DNA of 64,000 nucleotides from Nemertoderma westbladi (GCA_032718475.1 JAUCBJ010001563.1:11240-75239); one strand, 5' to 3'. Positions 35,890 through 48,236 are shown, counted from the first letter of the stretch. Numbers and translations: made by a program. Notes: a model not told the origin generated them from the letters alone.

Positions 35890-37899
35890 ATGTCTGACAC
35901 AAAGCCAAACCTGTCAGACAGTCTCCTAGATACAACCATCTGTGACCCAGGCAGGAGTGTGGAACGTGTGAGACCGAAGTTCAATTCACCTCCTACCGTA
36001 AGAAAGATCATCCCTCCAGTAGTAGTATCAGACCCTAGGCTAGTCCAACACCGTAGGTCTATCATAGGCACTCGAGCTCAGGTCAAGCGGGACCAAGAAG
36101 CAGCAGAACGGCAGCAACACTCGAGCCGAGAACTTATTTCTCAGCGGCCTGACAGCTCCAGTAGTACGGATACTGTAGAGCTGACACCCGAGCGCGGAGC
36201 AAAGATGGCAGATGCGGTTTATTCAGATCCCCTTCTCATCCTTCCTGCAGCCGTACTCACTAGGGTATTGATTGCGGTGGAGGAACACCAGATTGATTGG
36301 GCGAGAAGTAAGCGATCGACCAAGGATAGTTATGCGGGATACACAAGGGAAGAACTGAAGTCTATTGTCGAGTCGCAATGGAACTTCCCCGGACCCGGAC
36401 TCCCGTTTGACTTATCGGAAGCTGCCTGGGAAGACATACACAGGATGGGAGTGACAAAAGAAACCAGCGATCCAGCTGTGTGGAAGAGGTCAGCAGCAGG
36501 ATACGTACAGGGATTCTTCAGCTCTATGGAGCGATTAGAGGAACAACTGTTTCGACAACCCCAAGGACCTCAAGAGCAGGGAGAGCTGCTTTATCAAGTT
36601 AGAGAAAGAATTCTAAGAATCAGACTAATCTTATCGGCGTTTGAGGAGGCTTCGAAAAGAAGACAAGACACGTCGTTGCAAGTTGCCGTAAAGACTTGGT
36701 TTCAGCGGGTGAGTTTCAAAGTTCAAGGAACTGCCCAGTGGAAATCTCAGCTGGTTGAGCGCTCAACCCATGGAGAATCAACAGACGCTACCTTCTCCCA
36801 AGTGGAAAGTGAAGTGACAGCAGAAAAACCGCATAAGAGGGATGCTATTGACATCTATCTGTCAGACTATCAACGATTTGTAGGTGACGAAGAGTTGAGG
36901 AGACGGCTGTCTGGACTTCGCCCTAATAGTGAAGGAGCCAAGCTTGTGTTGGACGCAATCGATGCGGATATGAGAGCTGCGAACCAAGCTAAATTTGATG
37001 AACGCCTCCGCATCGCTAGAGTCCAAGAAGAACAAGTAAAGAAAAAACGTATAGAAGACAGAAAGATAGCAGCAGCGGCAGCAGCAGAGGCAGAAGCAGA
37101 AAGAAAAGCGGCAGAAGCGGAAAGAAAGGCGGCAGAGGCAATGGCAGCGGCAGAAGCGGAAAGAAAGGCGGCAGAGGCAATGGCAGCGGCAGAATCAGAA
37201 AGAAAAGCGGCAGAAGCGGAAAGAAAGCGAGCAGTGGCAGAAGCAGAACGAAGAGCATCTGAAGAGACCACCCAACTGGAGTTGGAAAATATTCAAGAGA
37301 ATCAAGACTGCATAAATAAACAGTTAACAGCTAGTAATATGCAGATGATGAATCGATCTACTCCCAAAAGACAGGGATATACATCATCTGAGGAAGGCGA
37401 TACCACCGATACTGAAGGTGGAGGAAATAGATCTCGTCTCAGCAGACGTAGAAGAATGTCCCACCGTCAGAAATTGCCTGATTTGCCCCCAGCTGTTAGA
37501 AGGCAACTAACTAACACAGGCTTAGGTAGTACAGAACCCACAGACCAAATAATTAAAATAGAAAGACTCCCTACTATATTAGAAGAGCCTGAAATAATTA
37601 GGCCTGTTCTCGAAGCCACCCCCTCGGTGATAGAGACACCTGTACTCCCTGAACCTATCTCTAAATTCCCTCTGCACAGCACTAAGCTACCTGTGCCCAG
37701 CAGAACAGCCCATGAGACAGTTCATGTCCTGGACTCCGAGCGAAATATTAATGATTTGTCGCCCGTTGTCCCTCGTCCGCCCGCTACAACGTTGGCGGCT
37801 CCCGCTTCGGCGGTCGAGTGGGTGGATGAGAGACGGCGGGGGATGGATCTCCTGCTCGGGCAGATGCAGGAGACGGTTAAGCAGCAAAGGGCACAGTAA
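35890..37899 (+). CDS. Long gag N-terminal region, 669 aa, coiled-coil with AEAERKA repeats
   Basis: Open ORF; joins the next ORF by a -1 shift near 37890 plus a TAG at 38046-38048. Confidence 0.75.
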   Translation: MSDTKPNLSDSLLDTTICDPGRSVERVRPKFNSPPTVRKIIPPVVVSDPRLVQHRRSIIGTRAQVKRDQEAAERQQHSSRELISQRPDSSSSTDTVELTPERGAKMADAVYSDPLLILPAAVLTRVLIAVEEHQIDWARSKRSTKDSYAGYTREELKSIVESQWNFPGPGLPFDLSEAAWEDIHRMGVTKETSDPAVWKRSAAGYVQGFFSSMERLEEQLFRQPQGPQEQGELLYQVRERILRIRLILSAFEEASKRRQDTSLQVAVKTWFQRVSFKVQGTAQWKSQLVERSTHGESTDATFSQVESEVTAEKPHKRDAIDIYLSDYQRFVGDEELRRRLSGLRPNSEGAKLVLDAIDADMRAANQAKFDERLRIARVQEEQVKKKRIEDRKIAAAAAAEAEAERKAAEAERKAAEAMAAAEAERKAAEAMAAAESERKAAEAERKRAVAEAERRASEETTQLELENIQENQDCINKQLTASNMQMMNRSTPKRQGYTSSEEGDTTDTEGGGNRSRLSRRRRMSHRQKLPDLPPAVRRQLTNTGLGSTEPTDQIIKIERLPTILEEPEIIRPVLEATPSVIETPVLPEPISKFPLHSTKLPVPSRTAHETVHVLDSERNINDLSPVVPRPPATTLAAPASAVEWVDERRRGMDLLLGQMQETVKQQRAQ

Positions 37900-38090
37900 G
37901 GGAAAGTAGGTTAGAGTTGCAAGAAGTGCAGCAAAGTATCGCGTTAGAACGCGATAAATTAGTAAATACACAAAGGGGTATACCACCACCCCCGGTAACA
38001 ATGTGTCAACCTGTTAGGTCTGAAGTATCTCATGCGCAAGGTGTGTAGCCTACACGCATCTATACTGCTAGTGAAGTAGAAACTCCTCTA

Positions 38091-40844
38091 GTGAACCCTA
38101 TTAAGGGTAATTATAAACCTGCTGACAATGATATTCCCTATAGACCTGATCATAATCCGAGAAATTTATATACCGATAACTCGATATTAAATAACACGAT
38201 GGCCCAAGAAAGTTTTATGCGTCAAATGGCTAGAACCGAAGCCCGTCAAGCGGTAAAGGTGGGAGAGATAGTCAAGTTCAATGGAGATGAGATGAAATGG
38301 TTACCTTTTAATGAATATTACAAAGATAACATACAGAACTCTGTGCTATCAAATGGAGAGAAACTTAGATTCCTCATCGAGTGCTTGGAAGGATCTCCCA
38401 AGTTAATGGCGTTAAAGTTTATTGGACATCCAGATGGATTAAGACAAGTTTGGGATACACTAAACATCAGGTATGGTAATAGGAATAACATAGCTAAATA
38501 TTTGTATGCAAAATTAGTAGCACCCCGAAAGTTCATTAGCAGCGGGATTATAGAGTTTTCCGATGAGATTCAAGAGATCTGTAGACAATTAGATTGGCTA
38601 GGTAAGTCTCATGAATATCAGAGTTCTATGGTTATTGGAGCTGTGGCTTCTACTTTACCGAAGGGTGGAGTAGGTACACGCTGGGATAAGAAAGTGTTAT
38701 ATATGATGGAACAACAACGCCGAGACCCTACCATGGCTGATCTTATGTCATTCTTAGATGGAGAAGTGAAATTACAGCTCCTAAAACAGTCCAGAGAGAA
38801 GACACCGGAAAACAAGGTAAGTGATAAACCAGTTTCTAGGAGAAAAGTAACACCAGTGTGTTATACCGACGACGGCGAAAGCCAGACTTCTCAAGGAGAG
38901 GATAGCGGGAAAGATACTGAAAGATCTTATTATGTCAATAAAACGCCTAAAGAACAGGTAAGTAAATTCAAGTCTCGAACCAATGACAGGAGAGAACAGG
39001 TAAGAAAAACTCCTCCTACGTCTCCTAAGAGAATTCAGGTAAGAAAGCCCGAAGAAAGAACGAGTGTGCACAATGTTATTCAAAATAAGGTAAGTAACAT
39101 CAAACCGAAATGTGTGCTATGTGACGGGACCCACCGTTTGAATATGTGTGATGAATTCCTAAAGAAATCATTAACGGAGAGACGGGAAGTCATGTGGGAT
39201 AAGCGGTTGTGTTATAATTGCCTCAGACAAGGACACCAATGGCGAACCTGTTACTCCGACACAAGGTGTGCAAAGTGCGGTGCGAAACATCATATCTTGT
39301 TGCACACTGAATTCGAACGAAACAGCCCGAGTCAGGTAAGTGATTCCGAACTACATGTCCAATTCAGTGATGTGAACGACACGGACCAAAGTTCTGAGAT
39401 GGAAGGATTCTATACGGACGAATTCTCCGATGAAAACGAATCCTGTTACATGATAAATACCGCAGTGTATCGAGCACTTACGTATGAAAAAGACACAGAC
39501 AGCGACCTCACCCTAACTACTTCTGATCGACAACCATCTTGGAAAGCGCCAACTTCCAATGTAGGAATCCGAGAATTTCCTGTAGTACAGTTAAGGGTCC
39601 ACGGACCTAAAAGGAGTTATATAGTGAACGCCCTTCTTGACTCCGGTAGTACAGGAACATTCATCGACAAAGAACTAGCCGAAGACATCTTTGCTGGACA
39701 ACCCAAGTTCCGAACTAAGCTAAATATGTCAGGAATTATGCAGGTTTGGAAATCTACAGTAATAGCGGATTATTATGTAGGTGCGTTGTCCACCCCCCAG
39801 GATGAACTAGGAGAACATAGTATAAGGTCAGTAAAAATGGTGGCGATAAAGAACTTCGCTACCAGCCAAGTGGAACCTTATAACTGGGATGAGGACGATT
39901 TCACCCAGCAGCTTGAAATACCTAGATTCAACACCGATTACCCTGGAGTGCAAATACTCATCGGTCAAAACGCGCATGAAGCGCTCGAGACATTGGAGAA
40001 ACAGCCTGCTCAACCGCAACCACTACAAGCCTATGCGGGAAGAACTAGAGTGGGTTGGTACTTTACTGGCCCTTCCCGTAGAACTCTCATGGAAAGATTA
40101 CCAAAAGAACAGGTATATCATTTAAGTGAATGGGAAGTGGAGAGCAGTGAAGTTGACGACCCAACTGAGGGAACACCATACTCCTCAGATAATGACGATA
40201 TTAACTCTAATGTAGATCAATGGAGATATTGCCCCGAGACGATTAATCTAACCAACATCGCTTCCAGAGGAGCAACTCCTCAAGAACTGACAGATACTCC
40301 AGACTGGTTAGGTGGACCCGACTTCCTAAGTAAAGTAGATGAATGGCCTCCCCATCTTACCACGGCTGAGATTAGACAAGCCAAGGGAGCGGACAAAGTC
40401 AAACCTAAAACCCGGACGAGTAAATCAAGGTTATTTAAACCCGTGATAGATCTGTCTGTATTACACATTGCGTGTATTGCACATCTAAACTCCCCCACCG
40501 CGAACCGATCTGTTGTGGAGATCAGAGAGAGAGACTGGAGATCTGGAACACCAGACATCTCGCCGGGACTCTCACCTCTCCTGCCGGGAGCGATGGACCA
40601 CTATAGATCCTGGAATCGGCTTTGTAAGGCCGTCGTGTATTTGAAGCGATGTTTCTATCATCACTATTCCAGGACGAAGAGGAAACCTGGAATTGTCTTC
40701 GAGACACAGCAGCTCAATCGCCCAGTTGGTCGTTTATGTTTACTGGAACGAGACCGAGAACTGTCCGGAAACTATGGAAGGCAAGATACTCTTCCCACGA
40801 CCACCTCCCTAATCCAACAAACATCTAGGGACTCCCCAACTTAA
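38091..40844 (+). CDS. BEL/Pao gag (DUF1759-like) + 3 zinc knuckles + aspartic protease, fused to pol remnants
   Basis: FNGD..KW..F, EKLRFL...LEG; CVLC...H....C, CYNC....H....C, CAKC...HH.LLH; ALLDSGS; ILIG; then WRYCP...N...ASRG...W..GPDFL and RPVGRLCLL; no YxDD RT and no integrase core. Confidence 0.9.
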   Translation: MNPIKGNYKPADNDIPYRPDHNPRNLYTDNSILNNTMAQESFMRQMARTEARQAVKVGEIVKFNGDEMKWLPFNEYYKDNIQNSVLSNGEKLRFLIECLEGSPKLMALKFIGHPDGLRQVWDTLNIRYGNRNNIAKYLYAKLVAPRKFISSGIIEFSDEIQEICRQLDWLGKSHEYQSSMVIGAVASTLPKGGVGTRWDKKVLYMMEQQRRDPTMADLMSFLDGEVKLQLLKQSREKTPENKVSDKPVSRRKVTPVCYTDDGESQTSQGEDSGKDTERSYYVNKTPKEQVSKFKSRTNDRREQVRKTPPTSPKRIQVRKPEERTSVHNVIQNKVSNIKPKCVLCDGTHRLNMCDEFLKKSLTERREVMWDKRLCYNCLRQGHQWRTCYSDTRCAKCGAKHHILLHTEFERNSPSQVSDSELHVQFSDVNDTDQSSEMEGFYTDEFSDENESCYMINTAVYRALTYEKDTDSDLTLTTSDRQPSWKAPTSNVGIREFPVVQLRVHGPKRSYIVNALLDSGSTGTFIDKELAEDIFAGQPKFRTKLNMSGIMQVWKSTVIADYYVGALSTPQDELGEHSIRSVKMVAIKNFATSQVEPYNWDEDDFTQQLEIPRFNTDYPGVQILIGQNAHEALETLEKQPAQPQPLQAYAGRTRVGWYFTGPSRRTLMERLPKEQVYHLSEWEVESSEVDDPTEGTPYSSDNDDINSNVDQWRYCPETINLTNIASRGATPQELTDTPDWLGGPDFLSKVDEWPPHLTTAEIRQAKGADKVKPKTRTSKSRLFKPVIDLSVLHIACIAHLNSPTANRSVVEIRERDWRSGTPDISPGLSPLLPGAMDHYRSWNRLCKAVVYLKRCFYHHYSRTKRKPGIVFETQQLNRPVGRLCLLERDRELSGNYGRQDTLPTTTSLIQQTSRDSPT

Positions 40845-42481
40845 CAACGGCTGGAGCGGGTGTGTGACTATATTTTGTATTTGTTTTTATTCTTTTATAT
40901 TTATGTATGTATTATTATGTAATTTTATTATAATCATTTTCTTTAATTTTATTTAGTAGAATGTTATTTTAGCGATTATTTAGTAGATTAGTGCAATATA
41001 TATTAGTGTTTATTACTTAATTACTTATATATTATATATTTAGTGCGACGGCGAGAAATAATTATTTTTCTCTTTCCTTACTGTCCGTATTACATTACAA
41101 ATACGTAACTACAGTAAGATGAAATATCCGTACTTATTAAAGTACAATAAAGCTCCTACTATATTCAAGTATTATTGGTAAAGTAGAGTATTAGGAATGC
41201 AAAATTCAGATCCTCGTGTCTCGGCTAAACCAAGCTCTGGGTAGACCTTGGAAACGACTTGCCTCTTCTCACTGACATTGCTTCGTGCGATATTGCTCTC
41301 ATACCGTATATTAAATAATACATATAGTAGCGTGATGTCCCTTTAACAGTAGCGTACAACGCAAAATAAATCTGTTAAACCCTTTGACCATCTGTAATTC
41401 TAGTCGATTAAGATATCGCGGCACCCACCGATATACTTGAAAGACAAAATTCTAGAATCAGTGGTTAACGTCCCCAGACAAGTTCTGGAATAAACTGGTG
41501 CCCATCCTAAATATTAATTATTAATATTTACAAAATCTGTTAAATTTTAGATCCTTTAAAATTCTAGTCTATTAAGATATCGTAGCACTTACCGATATTC
41601 TTAAAAAGACCAATTTCCTAGAATCAAGGATTCCAGTCCCCAGACATGTTCTGGAATAAAATTGTGTCTATTTAACATTAAATAATAAAATTTACGGGAA
41701 TAAATTTAAATTCATATTTTTAATGAATTTAATAAATTGTCATTTTTATACAATTTATAACATTCCCAAAATTCCTTTAATTAATAGATCATGGGAGCGG
41801 AGATTCACTCTATTAAGTGTATTAGTGTGCGAGAATCTCCAATATATAGTCAATAGCCGATAAAATTCATAAAATCATGTATAGAGAGGATATTGACCAT
41901 TAAAGAATTACTATTAAATAGCATCCCAGATCTGTATACATGAGAATTACCCTAATTCTACCGCTAGCTTTCCATAATGTCACCATGGCAACAACCACGC
42001 TAGAATTAGAAGTGAGTTAAAAGAACAATAGAAAGCTTGCCCCATTGAATAGCATAGGGAATAAATAGCGCACTGCTAGTATCCAAGGATACATAATAAT
42101 AAAGTGACATTCTGGAAGGCACTGACTAACGGACAAATGGCCCGAATGTGTACAGTTTGTGACAGTTGTGTTGAATTTGTGCATTTATAGGTGAATGTTA
42201 CTGCTAAAAGTGTGTTTACAGTAGTGAGTCGCAATTGTGAAAGTAGCCCTAACTCTCCAGAAAGAACCTGAAGTACATCTAAGCCTTTGGGACGGACAGT
42301 GGAGTGACTTGTGCCGGTTATCGTTGTCGTTGTGTAGCTACATCGTTGGCGAAAGCACAGCGACGACGGTACATCGGCGCTGAGGATCTTGCACTGTCCG
42401 GGGGCAAAGAGGGGTAGGCAGCGACGCCCGCTAGCCTAAAATATAAACTCATTATAATATTGATAAACTCATATAGCAGAT

Positions 42482-45400
42482 ATGACTGAGTTGATAGAAG
42501 ATGATCTTGGTATCAGGGAGCAATATACTCTACCTTTACAAGCGTTTGTCGATAGCTTGATACGCGGCGATGCTGGTCCAACTACTACGGAGGATGATGG
42601 TCGTTATATCGAACCGCCAATGTCCCCGGAGCAACTTACGCGTGAATTGGATTATAGAAAGTTCACCGCTCGCTATACGCATCGTAATGGTACGTATATG
42701 GACTTCTTAACTAATGGCCATCCTATCGATTTACACGATACGGACGATGTAGACACCAAAAGGGAAATGGTTTTATTTAAATATCATACCCAGCGGAGTC
42801 GGAACGATAAACCGAGAATAGAACACGAGAACTCTATTCGAAACAGACTCGAAAGGGAAGACGTTGAAGAGCCGGATAAACGCAGCGACTTCAACGATTA
42901 TCTGGAATTCCTGAGAGAGACATATCTCAATATTGCCAGCCAACAAAATCTCGAAACTCGATATCCTCAAGGTATACATCATGATCCTATGATAGAACTC
43001 AAACGACTCTATTTCACTATGATGTATCTTACCGCCGATCGACCGCTACCTGTCGTCCCAGATAGCTTCGAACAGATGGAGGAATATTGTAAAACTGGTG
43101 AACGATCACCCGCGTTTCCCCTGCAGGACGTGCGTCTTTGGTATTACTGCGACGAATGCCCTAGACCCAATCAGCAAACGGAAAGACATAAACATCCGCG
43201 GAGACGTTGCGCTAAACACAGTTTTACACGATATACTTACGGGAGTTTCGAGCGAAACCTGTTCGACGTATCACCTACGGTCGCTCGGCTCAAACGATCC
43301 TTGAATAAACCAATGATCAGAGTTCCGGAATACTCGGTCAGACCTCCTCATTCCTCAGTTAGACCTCAGACTCTTGAGCCTAATAGTATCACGGATCCTC
43401 CCGAACTGTACTCACTGTTCAAAGATCTAGTGTTACCCGAACAGTTGATCGGTGGCACTCCGGTAGTGGGCTCGCTAGATATTCGCCAACCCTACCTAGC
43501 CGGATTAGGACGCGGTCATCTAATATCGCCGTTTAACCCGTACAACCGTCCCGGCTTCACCCCGATACAACCCGTTACGGAAGTCGAAGAGAGCGTCGTA
43601 CGAAACGCGTTAGACGCTATTCGGCAGAAAATCGGAAAGGGAACTTACGATTGTTTGGAGAAATGTAAATTGCAGCAACAAGTCCAAGCGGTGAAGGAAT
43701 TAGCTTTACCCCAGTTCGATAGAGAAATACAAAATCTCGAGGAGGACATCGAACGTGGACGAACCTACTCTTTACAAGAGTTCCTAGATGAGCGTTTACA
43801 ACAACAAGCGGAGGAAAATCAGCTCGAGGAGAGACATATAGAACTAGATGAGAGAGAAGAAGCAGCTTTAGCCCAGCCAGAAGCTCAAATCCTTATAACA
43901 GATCTCTATTCTAAAACCATTATCCATCCTTCGATGGTTCCTCATTTCGGAGACAAACTCTTCCCCACGGCACAGCCTCAACCGGTTGATATCAACCTAA
44001 GATCTCGAGATCTTATCGCTGATGCTCCCATGTTGCAACGTCCGCCCATCGAAGCCGCTCATGTCGATGGTATACTCGTTGAACCTCCGGACAATAGAGC
44101 GGATCTTGTCCATCGCATGGTACACGATGTTAACATACTCGCTAGACCTTTACCGGACTCGTTTTATGGGATCAAAGATCACCCTTGTTGCGTCAATCTA
44201 ACACAATATTACATGGTAAAACCGGAAGATCCTACACATAGTCTAAGGTTTCTACCACTAATAAATCCTCTCGATCTTGTCGAACTCGAACAACTGCAGA
44301 AACATCTGGATCAGTTAGTTAAAGTTAACTCATTTCGAAAACCATATAATGTTTCCAGAATAGAGAAAGAAACACTACCTCCGTATAATCTTGATGGATT
44401 CATCAAAACTCGATTAGTACACTGGAATCTTGACGTGTTATTCGAGGAGGAAAGAATACAACGATATGGAGATGTGGAAACATATACTACACAATACTTA
44501 AAGTATAGAGATCTACCTAATGCTAGCGAATGCGCTACCTTGTGGCATCCAGTGGGAATGACTCTCGAAAACGCCACTAAAGAGTGGAATGAGACTCTTA
44601 ACGTTATCGAGATGTATGGAGTTGTCACTTACGATAACGAAGGTAGCGTTCCGGTTGGAGAACTGGGAACTACGCGAATGATACACATATGAGGACTCGC
44701 TGGTTCTACCCACGTATTTACTCGAGCGTGTTCCGATGTGATTGATTATTCTTTTGAGACTCTTACTGAGACACAAAAGAAACTCCGACATGGACAATTC
44801 GAACTCGCGCAGCGTTACGTCACCGACACCGAGCGCAAACCAGCCATGGGTATCGATGGATCGATGTTACCCCAGCCCGTGCTCGGAATGTTGTTTAACG
44901 AAAGAATCCTTAAAATCGGCTCAGCTGTTTATGGAGATCTACAAAACGACTTTCGGAACATGGAGAACATTCCATACCCTTTCGTTGATACTCAGCTGAT
45001 TGCTCCCTGGGCAGAAGGCCGAGGTTTCTTCCGCACTATGTATTAGGGCGGTGCGTTTTTTACTTTTTTTCGATTTCATTGTTCTACCGGTGCACAAAAG
45101 TTGCCAAATGGTAAAAAAATAAGGCAAAAAAAATTTCTTTAAATTTCGTCTATATCTTCACGGATCCCAAGAGGGTTGAAATTTTGTGCCATCGCGATGC
45201 ACCATAATGAAATTTATAACAATATAACACATTGATGAAAGATCAATGACTCAAAAAAGGACTTCCTGCATGCATCAAATGTCATCAAATGGGTCCAAAC
45301 TTAGTTAGATACCAAAATTTTAATTTTTGGATCAAGGGAACTAGTGCCACAGGCACGTGGCCAGAACCTACCATTTGGCGCAAGTGATGATTATTCTCAA

Positions 45401-48158
45401 TTTTCGCGATGACCAACTTTGAGTTCTCCTACTGCATTCATATTATGCTCATTAGAACCGCAATGGCCGATTTAGTGGGGGTAGACACCTTCAAAATAAA
45501 CATAGAGGGAATAGTTCTTGAGATATCGCAGAAAATGTGAAGTCCGGCACAAGTCTACATTACCACCTTGATGTGATATGGACAAATACACTAAAAATGA
45601 TATTTTGAATTATCTCAAGGAATCACGAATAGACACATCACAGAAATGATCGATATAGTGGGTGAAGACACCTTCAAAATAAGAATAGAGTCATTAGTTC
45701 TTGAGTTATTTTACAAAATGTCAAGACTATGTCCACCAATTAATACTTGATATTGAGTTGACCCATTCCACACATTTTGTACAAAAACTATAGTGAATTA
45801 ATCACTACTCTTTAATTTTGAAGTTGTCTGTATACAGTAAATCAATTTGTTGCAGTGATGTGTATATTTTTGATGCCTTAAGATAATTAGAAGTAACATT
45901 TTTGTGTATTTGTCTATAAATCATCAAGGCGGTAATGTTGACTTGTGCCGTACTTTACATTTTCTGCAATATCTCAAGATCTATTCGCTCTATGCTTGTT
46001 TTGATGGTATCTACCCCCACTAAATCGGTCATTGCGGTTCTAATGAGCATAATATTAATGCCGTAGGATAAATAAAAGTTGTCCATCATCAAAATTGAGA
46101 ATAATCATTACTTGCGCCAAAGAGTAGGTTCTGGTCATTTGCCTGTGGCACTACTTCCCTTGATCCAAAAATTAAAATTTTGATATCTAACTAAGTTAGG
46201 ACCCATTTGATGATATTTGATGCATGCAGGAAGTTCTTTTTTGAGTCATTGATCTTTCATCAATGTGTTATATTGTTATAAATTTCATTATGGTGCATCG
46301 CGATGGCACAAAATTTCTACCCTCTTGGGATCCGTGAAGATATAGACGAAATTGAAAGAAATTTTTTTTGCCTTATTTTTGTACCATTTGGCAACTTTTG
46401 TGCACCGGTAGAACAATGAAATCGAAAAAAAGTAAAAAACGCACCGCCCTACTATGTATGCCAATACACCCAGCGGCATTACTAAAGTACAACGAACCTC
46501 CATCGGACATCTTGCCTTTCAAGAATACGGATGGAATTTCAAGGTTGGAAATCCTATCAATTACCAACAAGTATATGGAGATCATTATTCTCGTTTATAC
46601 TTTGATGGACCATTGACCGCACCTGGCGCCGTGTATAGCTTTATGAGTGTTCCACTTCGTCCCTCCTTAGCTATATACACGATCTTTGAAAACGCAGCAC
46701 TTGCTGGATGGCTAGCCGATGTGTGCAGTCGTACCATACGCACCCACCCCTTAATACTTGGAACCAAACTCGCCAAGTTAGATTAACACAATAAATTCAT
46801 CCGCTTCGAATGTTTCAGGCGCTTTCTGACTCCGTTCCGTAACGTTGATAGTCAGTTCAAGGACCGCGCTCTGACCAAACTCAGCCTAAGAGACTCAGCT
46901 GCGGAGAAGCTAAACAGCGCGGGATTTGCCCTTTTCCAGGACGTTTGTATACAGAACTTACATTCATCTGTTATACAAAGACCCCGAATACCCACGGGTT
47001 ATTCTGTCGTGGAAGTTCAGACAGTGGGTCCGCTTGCGGAGACAGCCGCACCTACCTCAGCTATGCAATTGGAAGACGAACCAATATGCTTAGAATCTGA
47101 GGCGATTCAGCCTACAGCGCCCCGGAGCAGCGATAACGACTACGTCTTAGAGTGGTATCAAGGTCCACAATGTCTCACCGCATACGATTATCGACACGCC
47201 AACTATGTTTCTCGAAAACGTTGTCGATTATGCGCATCGAGAGACCATTTCACCCCTATGGACTCAGACGTACCCTGCTCCTATTTCCACGAACAACCGA
47301 TGATGGAGATCTATTGTGCGTATTGCAGACTTAATAACTCGCACATTTTTGCAGTCTGCCCCCAATTTATGACTCAATGCCACCACTGTCAACTTAAAGG
47401 ACATGCCAGTTATAATTGCCCCTTTAACCACGATTTAGAAAGCGTAGATGAGATGATTATTGCTTATCCTGCGCTACATCCGAGCTTGGGAAGCGAACGC
47501 GGATTTACATTGTGAGTCCCGCCATCGCTATTACCCTGGACGCTCTTACGAGGGAGTTTACGCGTTCCATCCTTATTTATTCGCGTCTGTTGAACAAAAA
47601 ACACGCACACCGAGTTACGAACTAATGAAGCGTGTTGGTGAGTGTATTTCCACCAAATTTGTTCGAAAATATCTCAGGAACGTCAATCCTAACGATATTA
47701 CTTCATACCATTTGATCAATTTCATCCGTCAAGACCCTGAGTATGGCGATTTATTTATCAACTCGCACCCTTAGTTACAGGAAGTATCTCGACGGCCCTA
47801 CGAATATCGAGCCCGAGAACGTGAGCTGGAAAGAACCATTAAACCGAGGAAGTTTCTCACCACTCACGGTCCACCTACCGCCATTGTCCAGACGACCCGT
47901 CAAGGACCCGTAGGAGCTGCTGTCCTAAGACGCGCCCTAAAGGCCGTTAGACCTCGCTCCACTGAAGTTGATATCGATCAACCAGGTACTTCGACCGGCG
48001 GATACACCGATCGTAATCCTAAACCTTCTGATGCAATTGTATTGCACCCTTCACCCAGGAGTTACAGCCCTCCTAGTAAAGTGGCTCGCCCCAAAGAGAA
48101 AAGGACTCTTGCTAGCCTCAAAAAACTGCGTAAACGCCGTCCGCGTAAGAAAGACTAA
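42482..48158 (+). pseudogene. Extra ORF3 of the LTR element, ~1,400 aa reconstructed, unknown function
   Basis: One frame through TGA 44690, the hAT insertion and TAA 46784; frameshift ~47500; TAG 47772; ends KKLRKRRPRKKD-stop. Confidence 0.8.
45044..46451. mobile_element. hAT-type non-autonomous foldback element, 1408 bp
   Basis: TIR tagggcggtgcg...; inverted arms extend over most of the element; 8-bp TSD ctatgtat (45036-45043, 46452-46459). Confidence 0.92.
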
Positions 48159-48236
48159 CTGTTTAGAGTATTTTTATATTTTAGAAACTGTGATTTTTTA
48201 TATTTTATAGACTAAAATCCCATTTTCTGGGAGCGG

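Noticed and set aside
44690-44692. Selenocysteine or programmed read-through at the TGA in ORF3
   Set aside because: The same ORF has other lesions (TAA, TAG, frameshift), so a nonsense mutation is the simpler explanation.
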